A stretch of 58,881 nucleotides of DNA. Origin: Candidatus Krumholzibacteriia bacterium (GTDB taxonomy: Bacteria; Krumholzibacteriota; Krumholzibacteriia; LZORAL124-64-63). Below, in pieces: positions 8,142-17,845 of this stretch (position 1 is its first letter; every line of letters begins with the position of its first letter). Where the stretch lies: contig JAUVII010000004.1 of NCBI GenBank assembly GCA_030592845.1, positions 1 to 58,881 on the forward strand, in the 5' to 3' direction. The translations under genes and the position numbers were made by a program. The notes beneath the pieces are model-generated. The model ran no database searches. It saw nothing but the letters and a program-made list of their open reading frames with translations, and was not told the origin of the DNA.

Positions 8142-9167
8142 TCAGCTCTTGGCTGAGTCCGTTTTGAGGGAATACATGGACAACCTTCGGTTCAAGGCGT
8201 CCAGGACCGAGTGGACCACCGCCTGCTGCCGGTTGTGACGGGTGGAACAGGCCCCGAAGAGGGTCTCGCTGAGGCGGCCTTCGACCAGATCCACAGCCGT
8301 TGTCACCACGCTTTGGCCGCCCATTTCCGTGGTTCGTATTTCGTTGAGATGGAGCAGCACCGGTTCGACCAGCAATTCGGCCACAGCGTCCAGGGTTGCC
8401 CGGGCAATGAGTTGGACGTCGGCATCGGCGTGGTTGGGCCCTTCGCGGGTCCCACGGGCCTCGACCTCGCCCGCCAGCAGCTGGACCTCCGCGCGCACCA
8501 CCATATCGCTGGCCATCACCCCGACACCGCTGCAGGTAATTCGCGGGGCCAGGCCCTCGGCGACCAGAATGGCCGGGATGACCTCGGCCAGGGGAACAGG
8601 TTCGGGCGCGGGATCAGGGGCGGCTTCAGCAACGGGTGCGGCCTTCGGCTGGGGAGCCGTCAAGGTACCCACCACGCCGGCTGTCCGGCCCGCCTCGACC
8701 AGATTGGCCAGGGTTTTGTCATCTGTCCCGGCTCCGGGAGGATGAAAAGTGACGCTCGAAGATCCAGCGACACCGGCGCCCACCACTTCGACCCTCGTGG
8801 CGGAGGCCGTTTCCGGCTCCGCGGACTCCGCGTTGCCCATGACCTGGACCACACCGATTTTTTTGTAATAGACATCCATCTGCAGGCGGGCTTTGAGCAG
8901 GCTTTCCACATCCCGGACGATATGTCGGGGTTCACGCTCCATTCCGGCAACAACGTGCACGCTGGAGATCTCACCCTTGCCGTCAAGGTCGATTTTGCAC
9001 TGCAGGACGCCTTTTATCTGGCAGATCCAACGCTGGGCGTCGACTACCCAGGCATCCCGCTCGTTGGGCTCCCACTCCAAGATGTACTCCCCTGGAAATA
9101 TGTTGTTCCACCTGAATAAAGGGCAGGGTGGAAGGTTCGGATATCTTACCACACACCAATTAATCAA
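8142..9167 (-). CDS. Hypothetical two-domain protein with a Pro/Ala-rich linker
   Basis: 341-aa ORF with no antisense alternative that looks better. The N-terminal module reads WICQIKGVLQCKIDLDGKGEISSVHVVAG..RHIVRDVESLL. The linker is APQPKAAPVAEAAPDPAPEPVP, followed by a C-terminal alpha/beta-looking module. I recognise no family. The start codon is uncertain. Confidence 0.55.
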   Translation of the reverse strand: MINWCVVRYPNLPPCPLFRWNNIFPGEYILEWEPNERDAWVVDAQRWICQIKGVLQCKIDLDGKGEISSVHVVAGMEREPRHIVRDVESLLKARLQMDVYYKKIGVVQVMGNAESAEPETASATRVEVVGAGVAGSSSVTFHPPGAGTDDKTLANLVEAGRTAGVVGTLTAPQPKAAPVAEAAPDPAPEPVPLAEVIPAILVAEGLAPRITCSGVGVMASDMVVRAEVQLLAGEVEARGTREGPNHADADVQLIARATLDAVAELLVEPVLLHLNEIRTTEMGGQSVVTTAVDLVEGRLSETLFGACSTRHNRQQAVVHSVLDALNRRLSMYSLKTDSAKS

Positions 9168-9246
9168 ACAACTTTTACTTCAAATCTGACCACAGTTCAT
9201 GGGATTTAACCGAATGGTCATGCCCAGAATGATTCCGGTGGCCCCC

Positions 9247-10155
9247 TCAGGGGACCATCATGCTTTTCAGGGTGGCCATGCGGGCCTCATAAGCGGCTTC
9301 ATCGATTTTGAGCAGGCCTTCCACGTTGAAGCCCTCGGGGCAGAAACTCGCCGTCACGGTGCCGTCGAGCATGGCCTGGCGGAATACCTCGTCCCCGCTG
9401 GTCCGGTCGGCTCCGGCTTTGGCCAGACTGCCCATGAATCCCCCGGCAAAACAATCGCCGGCCCCGGTGGGATCGATCACGTCGTCCAGGATGATGGCCG
9501 GCACGGCCAGCACCGAGTCAGCCCCGAAATACAAGGCCCCGTGTTCGCCTTTTTTGACAATGACCCGCTGGGGACCCATCTCGCGAATCGCCGCGGCGGC
9601 GTGGGCGAGGCTTCGCTTCCCGGTCAGGAGACGGGCCTCGCTGTCGTTGACCAGCAGGACATCCACCCGGGCCAGAATTGCCTTCAGTTCATCGGGCGTG
9701 GTTTCTATCCACAGGTTCATCGTGTCCAGGGCGACGAGCCGGGGCTCGTGCATCTCATCCAGAACATGGGACTGCAGCGAGGGGTGGATGTTGGCCAGAA
9801 ACAGGTATTCCGATGTCTTCCAGTCCGCGGGAATTTCCGGCTGGAAATCGGCGAACACGCCCAGCTCCGTGGCCAGGGTGTCCCGTTCGATCATGTCGTC
9901 GTGGTACCGGCCCGACCAATGAAAACTCTTTCCGGCCACACGTTTGATCCCTGAAACATCGGCGCCGTGAGCGGCCAGAAGATCGAGGTCATCCTGCAGG
10001 AAATCGTCACCCACAACACCCACGCAGCGGACGGTGCTCCGGCCCAGAGTGGCGATGGAAAAGAAACTGGCGCTGCCGCCGAGCTGGCGTTCCCGCTTTT
10101 CGCGAGGAGTTTCCACGGTGTCATACGCAACGGAACCGACCACGACAATGGACAT
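9247..10155 (-). CDS. PfkB-family carbohydrate/nucleoside kinase
   Basis: The C-terminal signature DPTGAGDCFAGGF and overall ribokinase-like pattern. The substrate is not assignable. Confidence 0.85.
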   Translation of the reverse strand: MSIVVVGSVAYDTVETPREKRERQLGGSASFFSIATLGRSTVRCVGVVGDDFLQDDLDLLAAHGADVSGIKRVAGKSFHWSGRYHDDMIERDTLATELGVFADFQPEIPADWKTSEYLFLANIHPSLQSHVLDEMHEPRLVALDTMNLWIETTPDELKAILARVDVLLVNDSEARLLTGKRSLAHAAAAIREMGPQRVIVKKGEHGALYFGADSVLAVPAIILDDVIDPTGAGDCFAGGFMGSLAKAGADRTSGDEVFRQAMLDGTVTASFCPEGFNVEGLLKIDEAAYEARMATLKSMMVP

Positions 10156-10156
10156 T

Positions 10157-11902
10157 CTAGACCTTCACTTCCAGCTCTTCCGGGGCATCGACCCCGATAA
10201 GCTCCAATACGACCCTCAGCACCTGCCGCGTCACCACGCACAGATGCAGGCGAGCCAAAGTTAGTTCCTTGTCTTCACCCAGGATCCGGCTGCCCGGACG
10301 CTGGTAGAACTGATTGAACAGGCCGGCGACATCAAAGATGTACCCGGTCAAACGATGGGGTTCCCGCGAATTTGCCGCCGAAACGATGACCTGGGGAAGC
10401 CGGATCAGCTCCCGCACGAGATTCCATTCCGCCACGTCAGGTAATTTGCATAGCGAGGCGGCGGTTGGCTGGCCGGGCTCGATCCCCGCCTCGGCTGCCC
10501 TGCGGATCAACTTGCAGATCCTGGCGTGCGCGTACTTGACCTTGAACACCGGGTTCTCGTTGGACTGTTCCTTGGCCAGGTCCAGGTCGAAATCAAGGTG
10601 GCTGTTCGGTTTCCTGGTCAGGAAGAGGTACTTGGCGACATCGGCCCCCACGTCGTCGATAAGCTCATCCATGGTTACGAACTTACCGGCCCGCTTGGCC
10701 ATCTTGACGGTCCGGCCGCCCTCCACGAAGTTCACCTGCTGGAGAATCTGGACCTCCAGCCAGTCCTTCGGAACACCCAGAGCCTCCATGGCTCCCTGCA
10801 TGCGGGTGATGTGCCCGTGATGGTCAGGGCCCCAGAAATCGATGGCGTGTTCGAACCCACGCTGGAATTTGTGGTAGTGATAGGCGATGTCGGCCAGGAA
10901 ATAGGTGGGCGCGCCGTCGGCCTTGATCACCACACGGTCCTGCTCGTCCCCGTAATTGGAAGCCCGGAACCAGGTCGCATCCTCTTCCACGTAAAGCGCG
11001 CCCAGCTTGTCGAGTTTGTCCAGGGCCCTTTCGACCCGCTTCGACTCGTGGAGTTCCGATTCGAAATACCAGGTCTCGAAACGCAAACCGAAGCGCCGGC
11101 AGGTATCCCGCTGCCAACTGAGAATCTTCATGAGGGCGAACTTGGCGAAACAACCCACGGATTCGTCTTCGGGAAGTTTGCGCCAATCCTCGGCGTTGCC
11201 GGGAGGGGCCTGAACCCTTTGAAAACTTTCGTCGTTGAAGGCGGAAGCCGCCTTGACGATGGCCTCCGCATCCTGTTCGGTAAGTTCCTGGGCCATGATC
11301 TCCAGGTAGCGCCCATGATAGCCATCCTCGGGGAAGACCACCGATTCACCCATGAGCTGCATATAGTGCGCGCGCAGACTCGCCCCGAGCAGTTTTATCT
11401 GCCGGCCGGCGTCGTTGACGTAGTATTCGGCGTGGGCATCGTAGCCGATGGCGTCCAGCAGACGGACCAGGGTCATGCCGAAAGCGCCCGCACGGGCTGA
11501 AACCACATTCAATGGCCCGGTGGGATTGGCGCTGATGAATTCGACGTTGATCCGCTTGTTGCCGCCTGTCCGGATATCCTCCAGTGCCCCATCGGGATCC
11601 ATCAGGTTCAACAGAAGTTCCACCTGGTAGGCGGGAGCCAGGCGAAAGTTGATAAAACCCGGCCCCGCGATTTCCACCGACTCGACCACCGCTTTGGGCA
11701 GGTCGATCCCGGCAGCGATTTCTCCCGCCAGCTCACGCGGTTTTTTGCCCAGACGCTTGCCCAGCACCATGGCCAGGTTGGTACTCAGGTCGCCGTGACC
11801 ACGATCCCGGGGTTTCTCCAGGATGATGTCCACGTCCTCTTCGAAGACGCCGAACTTTTCCAGGGCGGCCAGGAGTCCGTTTTTCAGAAGATCCTCGAGC
11901 AT
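10157..11902 (-). CDS. argS: Arginine--tRNA ligase
   Basis: Class I signatures SANPTGPLNVVSAR and VKMAKRAG, with a DALR-type anticodon-binding C-terminus. I chose the ATG at 11902, which avoids overlap with rsfS. The ORF also allows 11935. Confidence 0.92.
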   Translation of the reverse strand: MLEDLLKNGLLAALEKFGVFEEDVDIILEKPRDRGHGDLSTNLAMVLGKRLGKKPRELAGEIAAGIDLPKAVVESVEIAGPGFINFRLAPAYQVELLLNLMDPDGALEDIRTGGNKRINVEFISANPTGPLNVVSARAGAFGMTLVRLLDAIGYDAHAEYYVNDAGRQIKLLGASLRAHYMQLMGESVVFPEDGYHGRYLEIMAQELTEQDAEAIVKAASAFNDESFQRVQAPPGNAEDWRKLPEDESVGCFAKFALMKILSWQRDTCRRFGLRFETWYFESELHESKRVERALDKLDKLGALYVEEDATWFRASNYGDEQDRVVIKADGAPTYFLADIAYHYHKFQRGFEHAIDFWGPDHHGHITRMQGAMEALGVPKDWLEVQILQQVNFVEGGRTVKMAKRAGKFVTMDELIDDVGADVAKYLFLTRKPNSHLDFDLDLAKEQSNENPVFKVKYAHARICKLIRRAAEAGIEPGQPTAASLCKLPDVAEWNLVRELIRLPQVIVSAANSREPHRLTGYIFDVAGLFNQFYQRPGSRILGEDKELTLARLHLCVVTRQVLRVVLELIGVDAPEELEVKV

Positions 11903-11915
11903 GACAATCCGTTTC

Positions 11916-12401
11916 TCAGTCGGTGCCGCCGGCATCGGTGGCGGTGGTGAATTTCAGATCGGGGTGGCGCGCTGCGGTATCTGCGGCGGAAAACCAGCCG
12001 GGATCCAGGTCCAGGCGGGGGGCATCTCCCCACAACTTTTCCAACTGGAAATATTCCCGTGCCGGAACGTTGAAGATGTGGACCACCACATCGAAGAAAT
12101 CCAACAGGGCCCAGCGGCCGTCGTTCATTCCCTCGAGACCCCGGGGTTTCTGGCCCACGCCGACCAACTCGTTGTTCACGTGTTTGGCCAGGGCCTTGAC
12201 CTGGGTGGCGGACTGTCCCGAGGCCAGGACAAAAAAATCGCACACGTCGGACATGCCCCGCAGGTCCAGGACCACCAGATCCTCGGCCTTTTTCTCGAGC
12301 AGATGCCAACACACCCGTTCCGCCAGGATGAACCCGGCGGAATCGTCCGGAATACCATGGGTGGATTCCTTGTTCAATTCCTGATCCATTTTCTGATCCA
12401 T
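11916..12401 (-). CDS. rsfS: Ribosome silencing factor RsfS (iojap family)
   Basis: KKAEDLVVLDLRGMSDVCDFFVLASGQS..QVKAL and DFFDVVVHIF..REYFQLEKLW. Confidence 0.88.
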   Translation of the reverse strand: MDQKMDQELNKESTHGIPDDSAGFILAERVCWHLLEKKAEDLVVLDLRGMSDVCDFFVLASGQSATQVKALAKHVNNELVGVGQKPRGLEGMNDGRWALLDFFDVVVHIFNVPAREYFQLEKLWGDAPRLDLDPGWFSAADTAARHPDLKFTTATDAGGTD

Positions 12402-12433
12402 TCACTTTCCGAGGCCCGTCAATGGGGCCAGGT

Positions 12434-13444
12434 TCAATTCAAACGATTGATGACGTATTCGACGGCCACGGCCAGCAGGTCCTTCTGGGGTCCTGAAGCG
12501 ACCGGCGCCAACGCCATCTTGGCCGACTCCCCCAGTTCCCGGGCCTTGGCGAAGGCGTAATCGACGCCCCCGAATTCGGTAACGAAGGTTTTTACTTCCG
12601 GCCAGCATTCCGCCCGCCGGGAACTGTCGGTCTCCACCGCCAGTTCGCCGATCCTTTTCCTTGCCTCGGGTGAGGCGTTTCGCCAGGCTGCGATCAGCGG
12701 CAAGGTGATACGGCCCTCTTCCCAGTCCTGGCCTGTGGGTTTTCCAAGCCTGCGTTCATCCCCAAGGTAGTCGAAGATATCATCGGTGATCTGGAACACG
12801 AGCCCGGTCTGGGACCCGAAGGTTCCAAAAGCCTCCTCGACTTCAGCCAGTCTCTTGTTGAATGAGACCCCGATCCGACAGCTGTTTTCGATCAGTGAAG
12901 CTGTCTTCTGGTAGATGATCTGCATATACAGTTCTTCACTGATTTCCATGTCGTAGCGGTATTCGAGCTGAAGCATTTCCGCTTCACTCATCAGCACGGT
13001 GGTCCGGGCAAGCAATTCCACGGCATGGTGCAGTTTCGCCTGACAGAGGTTGTACAGGGCCTTGCTGTACAGGTAATCACCCATGATCAGGGCGGCGCTG
13101 GATCCGTACTTCACGTTGACCGCGGGCAGCCCCCGGCGTGTCACCGCCTCGTCGATGAAATCGTCATGGACCAGCGTGGCTGTGTGAACCAGCTCGACGC
13201 TGGCCGCGGCGGTGATCGCCTCGGGCGCGAAGTCGTCCTCGTCCTGGGCGGCCAGCAGCAGCAGTGTCGGGCGAAACTTCTTGCTCTTGCCCTTCCGGAT
13301 GTGATCGCAGATTTCCCGGGTCAAAGGGCTGTCACCATCGGTGATGGCACGGAATTCCTTATCGACCAGGGTTAGCGCCGGTCCGATCTTCCGCTGCAGG
13401 GTGATCAGTTTGATGCGTTCTTTATCAACAAGTCCCATGGACAC
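12434..13444 (-). CDS. Polyprenyl diphosphate synthase (trans-IPPS, IspB/HepT-like)
   Basis: First and second Asp-rich motifs LVHDDFIDE and ITDDIFDY. Chain length is not assignable. Confidence 0.88.
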   Translation of the reverse strand: MSMGLVDKERIKLITLQRKIGPALTLVDKEFRAITDGDSPLTREICDHIRKGKSKKFRPTLLLLAAQDEDDFAPEAITAAASVELVHTATLVHDDFIDEAVTRRGLPAVNVKYGSSAALIMGDYLYSKALYNLCQAKLHHAVELLARTTVLMSEAEMLQLEYRYDMEISEELYMQIIYQKTASLIENSCRIGVSFNKRLAEVEEAFGTFGSQTGLVFQITDDIFDYLGDERRLGKPTGQDWEEGRITLPLIAAWRNASPEARKRIGELAVETDSSRRAECWPEVKTFVTEFGGVDYAFAKARELGESAKMALAPVASGPQKDLLAVAVEYVINRLN

Positions 13445-13521
13445 CTACTCTCCCTGATCCGGTCGTCTCGAAATCCCATCCGCAACACGGACAGCAAATA
13501 TTCCCAAAAGTCGGGCTCGGG

Positions 13522-14424
13522 TCAATCCTGATCATCATTATCTTTATTACGGCGGCGGTTCGTAACCGCGATGGACACCAGCACCGACCCTATATACAGC
13601 ACCAGCACGGGGCCCGCCATCATCACCTGGCTGATCACGTCGGGCGGGGTCAGAATGGCCGATATAAACACGATGATGATGATTGCATACCGCCAGGCCC
13701 TCAGCAGCATACGTGGGTTGACGATCCCCAGCACACTGAGAAACAGGATAAGCAGGGGCAGTTCGAAAACCAGCCCGAAAGCCAGGCACAGGCGGGATAC
13801 GAAGTTGAAATAGGGCCCCACGCCGATGAGCGGCTCCAATGCCTCGGTGCCGAAACTGAGCAGAAAGGAAATAACCTGGGGAATAACCACCATGAAGGCG
13901 AGCGAAACTCCCAGATAGAACAGGCCGGTCGTGGCCAGCAACAGCGGCGTCACCATCCGTCTTTCCCGCTGGTACAGGCCCGGCAAAACAAAACCGTAGA
14001 TCTTGAAGAATATGAAAGGCGCCACCACGAACAGTCCCACGACGGCGGACAGTTTGAGCCGTGTCAGAAAGGCCTCGTTGGGGGCGGTGAAATAAATGCC
14101 CTGGTCCCGGATGGGGCGGATGAGGAGCTCCAGCAGGTCGGCCGACCAGAACCAGCACAGGATGGTGGCCAGCAGCGCCGCGATGGATGACTGGATCATG
14201 ACCGAACGGAGTTCTCCCAGGTGATCGAGCAAACCCATGCTGTTTTCTTCGGGCTCCTCCTCCCCGGGCTGATCCTTGGGGCCACCGGCGGGCTCACCGT
14301 CAGGCTCGCTCACGGGTTCACCGGCAGGTTCACCGGCAGGCTCAACGGCAGGCTCAACGGTAGGCTCACCGGAGTCTCCGCCGGACGGGTCGAAGGGAAG
14401 TTCGGGTTCCAGGTGATCAGTCAA
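13522..14424 (-). CDS. tatC: Sec-independent protein translocase TatC with a repetitive acidic N-terminal extension
   Basis: LLDHLGELRSVMIQS.. followed by six TM segments typical of TatC. The N-terminal ~60 aa consist of E-P-x-x repeats. Confidence 0.9.
   Translation of the reverse strand: MTDHLEPELPFDPSGGDSGEPTVEPAVEPAGEPAGEPVSEPDGEPAGGPKDQPGEEEPEENSMGLLDHLGELRSVMIQSSIAALLATILCWFWSADLLELLIRPIRDQGIYFTAPNEAFLTRLKLSAVVGLFVVAPFIFFKIYGFVLPGLYQRERRMVTPLLLATTGLFYLGVSLAFMVVIPQVISFLLSFGTEALEPLIGVGPYFNFVSRLCLAFGLVFELPLLILFLSVLGIVNPRMLLRAWRYAIIIIVFISAILTPPDVISQVMMAGPVLVLYIGSVLVSIAVTNRRRNKDNDDQD
14279..14374. repeat. About eight imperfect tandem copies of a 12-nt unit (GGYTCACCGGCA-like) inside the tatC 5' region
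   Basis: Read directly: ggctcaccgtca ggctcgctcacg ggttcaccggca ggttcaccggca ggctcaacggca ggctcaacggta ggctcaccggag. The repeat encodes (EPxx)n. Confidence 0.8.
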
Positions 14425-14885
14425 TGGGTGTCATCCTCGGAGCGCAGGTCGTTCAAAAGGGTAAAGAACTCATCGATATTCTGGAAGCTGCGGTAGACCG
14501 AGGCGAAACGGACGTAAGCCACTTCATCCACATCCCGCAGCTGTTCCATGACGTAAAGACCGATGGTCTCGCTGGGAACCTCCCGACGTCCGGCCCGGGC
14601 CAGGTTCCTCTCGACGCGATCCACGATGATCTCGATCTGTTCCAGGGAAACCGGGCGCTTCTCGCAGGCCTTGGTAACGCCCACGATAACCTTTTCCCGG
14701 TGGTAGGCCATCCGTTCCCCACTGCGTTTCAGGACCAACACGGGCTGGGTCTCCACCGCCTCGTAGGTGGTGTAGCGTTCCTCGCAGTGAAGACATTCGC
14801 GCCGCCTTCGCACGGCTCGCCCGTCACGGACGGCCCGGCTGTCGACCACCTTGTCTTCATCATTGCCGCAGCGGGGGCATTTCAC
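14421..14885 (-). CDS. nrdR: Transcriptional repressor NrdR
   Basis: VKCPRCGNDEDKVVDSR..RRRRECLHCEERYTTYE (zinc ribbon plus ATP-cone). The start is the GTG at 14885, with GGAG 9 nt upstream. The ORF extension to 14951 would overlap glyA. Confidence 0.9.
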   Translation of the reverse strand: MKCPRCGNDEDKVVDSRAVRDGRAVRRRRECLHCEERYTTYEAVETQPVLVLKRSGERMAYHREKVIVGVTKACEKRPVSLEQIEIIVDRVERNLARAGRREVPSETIGLYVMEQLRDVDEVAYVRFASVYRSFQNIDEFFTLLNDLRSEDDTH

Positions 14886-14910
14886 CAGCTGAACTCCAGA
14901 TTTTCCGGCA

Positions 14911-16164
14911 TCACATGCCGGGATAAAGGGGAAATTTCCGACACAGCTCATGACTCTCTGCCTGCAGCTTCGTCAGGGCCGCGTCGTCTTCCCGGTTTTG
15001 AACCGCGCGATCAATGATATCCCCGATCAACCGCATTTCTTCGGTCCCCATGCCACGCGTGGTCAGGGCGGGTGTACCCAGCCGAATTCCACTGGTCACG
15101 AAAGGGCTCTCCTGGTCGAAGGGCACGGTATTCTTGTTGGCGGTGATCCCGACGTGCTCCAACAGCTCTTCCATGGCCTTTCCGGTCAGACCCTTATTGC
15201 TGACGTTCACCAGCAGCAGGTGGTTGTCGGTGCCCCCGCTGACCAGGTGAAAACCACGCTCCAGCAGAGTTTCACCCAGAGTGGCCGCATTGTCCACCAT
15301 CTGACGGGCGTAAGTCTTGAACGAGTCGGCCATGCACTCCTGGAAACAGACGGCCTTGGCGGCGATCACGTGCATCAGCGGCCCACCCTGGATCCCGGGA
15401 AAATTCATCTTGTTGATGGCCTTGAAGTGATCCTTCCGGCTCAGGACCAACCCACCGCGGGGACCCCGCAGGGTTTTATGGGTGGTGGAGGTCACCACGT
15501 CGCAGTGCGGCACGGGGCTTGGGTGCACCCCGCCGGCGACCAGGCCCGCGATGTGGGCCATATCGAAAACCAGGACGGCGTCGATCTCGTCGGCCACCGA
15601 CCGCAGGATCTCGTAGTCCCAGAACCGGGGGTAGGCGCTGGCGCCGCCAACGATCATCTTCGGCCGTTCGGCCAGGGCCTGCTCACGCAACCGGTCGTAG
15701 TTGATGGTCTCGGTGTCCTTGTCCACTTCGTAATGGATGGCGTCGAACAGGATGCCGGAAAAATTGACCGGATGCCCGTGGGTCAGATGTCCGCCGTGGG
15801 ACAGGGACAACCCCATGATCTTGTCCCCCGGTTTCAGGAAAGCCAGATAAGCCGTCATGTTGGCCGTTGACCCGCTGTGGGGCTGGACGTTGGCGCGCTC
15901 GGCGCCGAACAGGGCCATGGCCCTCTTCTTGGCCAGGGTCTCGGCCATATCCACGTATTCGCATCCACCGTAGTAGCGCTTTTTGGGATACCCCTCGGCG
16001 TACTTGTTGGTCAGGGTGGAGCCCATCGTTTCCATGACCGCCCGGCTGGTGAAGTTTTCGCTGGCGATCATTTCGAGCTGATTGCGCTGCCGGGCCAGTT
16101 CCAGGTCCAGGACTTCGGCAATTTCGGGATCCGTTTGACGGACTTCGTCGTACATGGCGGTCAC
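14911..16164 (-). CDS. glyA: Serine hydroxymethyltransferase
   Basis: [11 protein letters not shown] and the PLP-lysine context [12 protein letters not shown]. Confidence 0.95.
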   Translation of the reverse strand: MTAMYDEVRQTDPEIAEVLDLELARQRNQLEMIASENFTSRAVMETMGSTLTNKYAEGYPKKRYYGGCEYVDMAETLAKKRAMALFGAERANVQPHSGSTANMTAYLAFLKPGDKIMGLSLSHGGHLTHGHPVNFSGILFDAIHYEVDKDTETINYDRLREQALAERPKMIVGGASAYPRFWDYEILRSVADEIDAVLVFDMAHIAGLVAGGVHPSPVPHCDVVTSTTHKTLRGPRGGLVLSRKDHFKAINKMNFPGIQGGPLMHVIAAKAVCFQECMADSFKTYARQMVDNAATLGETLLERGFHLVSGGTDNHLLLVNVSNKGLTGKAMEELLEHVGITANKNTVPFDQESPFVTSGIRLGTPALTTRGMGTEEMRLIGDIIDRAVQNREDDAALTKLQAESHELCRKFPLYPGM

Positions 16165-16616
16165 TCCTGAATCTGGTGGTTTTTTTCATAAGAGGTGATC
16201 TTGTCCACGCGGCGGCCATGCCGGCCGCCCTCGAACTCCGCGGCTATCCAGGCCTCGAAAATGGCCGACGCCGTTTCCGGATCCATGGCATCCCCGCTCA
16301 GGCACAGGACATTACTGTCGTTATGCATACGGGTGGTCCGGGCCTGTTCCGCCGTAAAACACAGGGAGGCTCTCACTCCGGCAACCTTGTTGGCGGCGAT
16401 GCTCATCCCGATGCCGGAACCGCAAATCAGGACTCCGGCATTCGCCCGCCCGGATGCCACCAGTTCGGCCACAGCAAACGCGGAGTCGGGATAATCAGCG
16501 GAATCCTCCCCCGGACAGCCAAGGTCCTCCGCCTGGATTCCCCGCGAACGCAGGATGTCCAGAAGCAGGGTCTTGTGCGGGTAGCCGCGGTGATCGGAAC
16601 CCAGGGCAATGATCAT
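16161..16616 (-). CDS. rpiB: Ribose-5-phosphate isomerase B
   Basis: GSDHRGY and [14 protein letters not shown]. Overlaps the glyA start by 4 nt. Confidence 0.92.
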   Translation of the reverse strand: MIIALGSDHRGYPHKTLLLDILRSRGIQAEDLGCPGEDSADYPDSAFAVAELVASGRANAGVLICGSGIGMSIAANKVAGVRASLCFTAEQARTTRMHNDSNVLCLSGDAMDPETASAIFEAWIAAEFEGGRHGRRVDKITSYEKNHQIQE

Positions 16617-17113
16617 CTTTCCAATTCCTTCCGGACGGCCAGGCCCCTGAAACAGGGTTCCCAGCCAGCCAGCAGACGCTCGATCTGCTCACAAACAAGG
16701 CTGTATTTTTCGGCTGTCCCGCCGTAGGGATCAGACACCTCTTCAGTCTCGGGCGAATGGTCAAGCGGACCCAGGTCCACACACGCCGCGCCCAACACCC
16801 CGATACCGCCCTGGTAACCCCCACCGAACCGACTTTTAAAAATGGCCGCGTGACTTCTGGTCATACCGATCACCCAGGATGCATCGGTCAGGATGCCGGT
16901 CGATACCGCCTGCGAACAGTGGCTGGCCAAGGACAATCCGGAAGCCTCGGCCCAGGCGGCCGATTCGGGCGAGGCCTTTTGTCCCGGTCCGGCATCGAGT
17001 CCAGCGGATTGGAATACCAGATCCAGGTTACCGTATTGCCGCCGCGCCAGGACTTCGGCCACCGGGCTGCGGCAGGTATTGCCCGTGCACAGAAACAGGA
17101 TGCTGGTGGCCAT
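16613..17113 (-). CDS. Low-molecular-weight protein phosphatase (LMW-PTP / YwlE-like)
   Basis: CX5R(S/T) P-loop in ILFLCTGNTCRSP, and a DP motif near the C-terminus. Confidence 0.85.
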   Translation of the reverse strand: MATSILFLCTGNTCRSPVAEVLARRQYGNLDLVFQSAGLDAGPGQKASPESAAWAEASGLSLASHCSQAVSTGILTDASWVIGMTRSHAAIFKSRFGGGYQGGIGVLGAACVDLGPLDHSPETEEVSDPYGGTAEKYSLVCEQIERLLAGWEPCFRGLAVRKELER

Positions 17114-17195
17114 GCCATTCCTCGGTTGGCGAATCCAATGACGTGACCGGCCGGGCAGCCCGGCAAACGGCCATCACTTAGGCTGTCAGGCAAAA

Positions 17196-17843
17196 TTAGA
17201 TCCCGCGGGTATCCCCGTCAAGAGTCCCCGGCTCCACCCCCGGGGGGTTCAGCGGGCCTGGCCTCAACTGGACAAAAGGCCAGACCGTCAGGTCGATCAG
17301 CGCGCTGGGCCGCGGTTGCCCGGAGGCGGGAGAATCTTCCGGTGGTTCCATGGGTCCCAAACACCCGTCAACCGCGTCACCGAACGCGGATCGGGCCGTT
17401 TCCAGATTGGCGAGAGGGGTATCACCGGAGCGGTTGACACTGGTGGAGACGAGAGGGAACCCCACCTCCAGGATCAGGGAGCGAAGGGATTCCAGGGCAG
17501 GCACCCTGATGGCCACCGTCCGGTCCCGCGCGATGACCAGAGGGGACAAATCCCCGCCGGACGGCAATACCAGGGAAAAGGGCCCGGGCCAACACCGTTG
17601 GCAGAAACCGGTTTGACGATCATCAAGGGACCCGGCCACCTGAAAAGCCTGCGTCACGGACCCGGCCAGGACAAGCAGCGACTTGTCCGGTTCACGACCC
17701 TTGATATCCAGGATCCGGGCCACGGGATCGGACAGGTCGGCCCGGCAATGAAACCCGGGAAGGGTGTCCGTACCCAGAATCATGACGCCGCCGGACTTCA
17801 GAAGCTCGGCGGCGTCACGGAATGCCAGAAATTTCCCGGCCAC
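17196..17843 (-). CDS. tsaC: L-threonylcarbamoyladenylate synthase (YrdC/TsaC domain)
   Basis: YrdC-like motifs MILGTDTLPGF and SVNRSG. At 215 aa it has no Sua5 C-terminal domain. Confidence 0.8.
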   Translation of the reverse strand: MAGKFLAFRDAAELLKSGGVMILGTDTLPGFHCRADLSDPVARILDIKGREPDKSLLVLAGSVTQAFQVAGSLDDRQTGFCQRCWPGPFSLVLPSGGDLSPLVIARDRTVAIRVPALESLRSLILEVGFPLVSTSVNRSGDTPLANLETARSAFGDAVDGCLGPMEPPEDSPASGQPRPSALIDLTVWPFVQLRPGPLNPPGVEPGTLDGDTRGI

Positions 17844-17845
17844 GA

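Noticed and set aside
14279-14374. Short tandem repeats considered as a CRISPR-like array
   Set aside because: The units are 12 nt, contiguous with no spacers, in frame within tatC, and no cas genes are present. This is a coding microsatellite-like repeat.
17114-17195. GC-rich palindrome GCCGGGC-t-GCCCGGC downstream of tsaC as a terminator. A similar GGCCGG-a-CCGGCC lies at about 28090.
   Set aside because: The loops are too short for the full stem and no U-tract follows. These are probably just GC-rich palindromic sequence.
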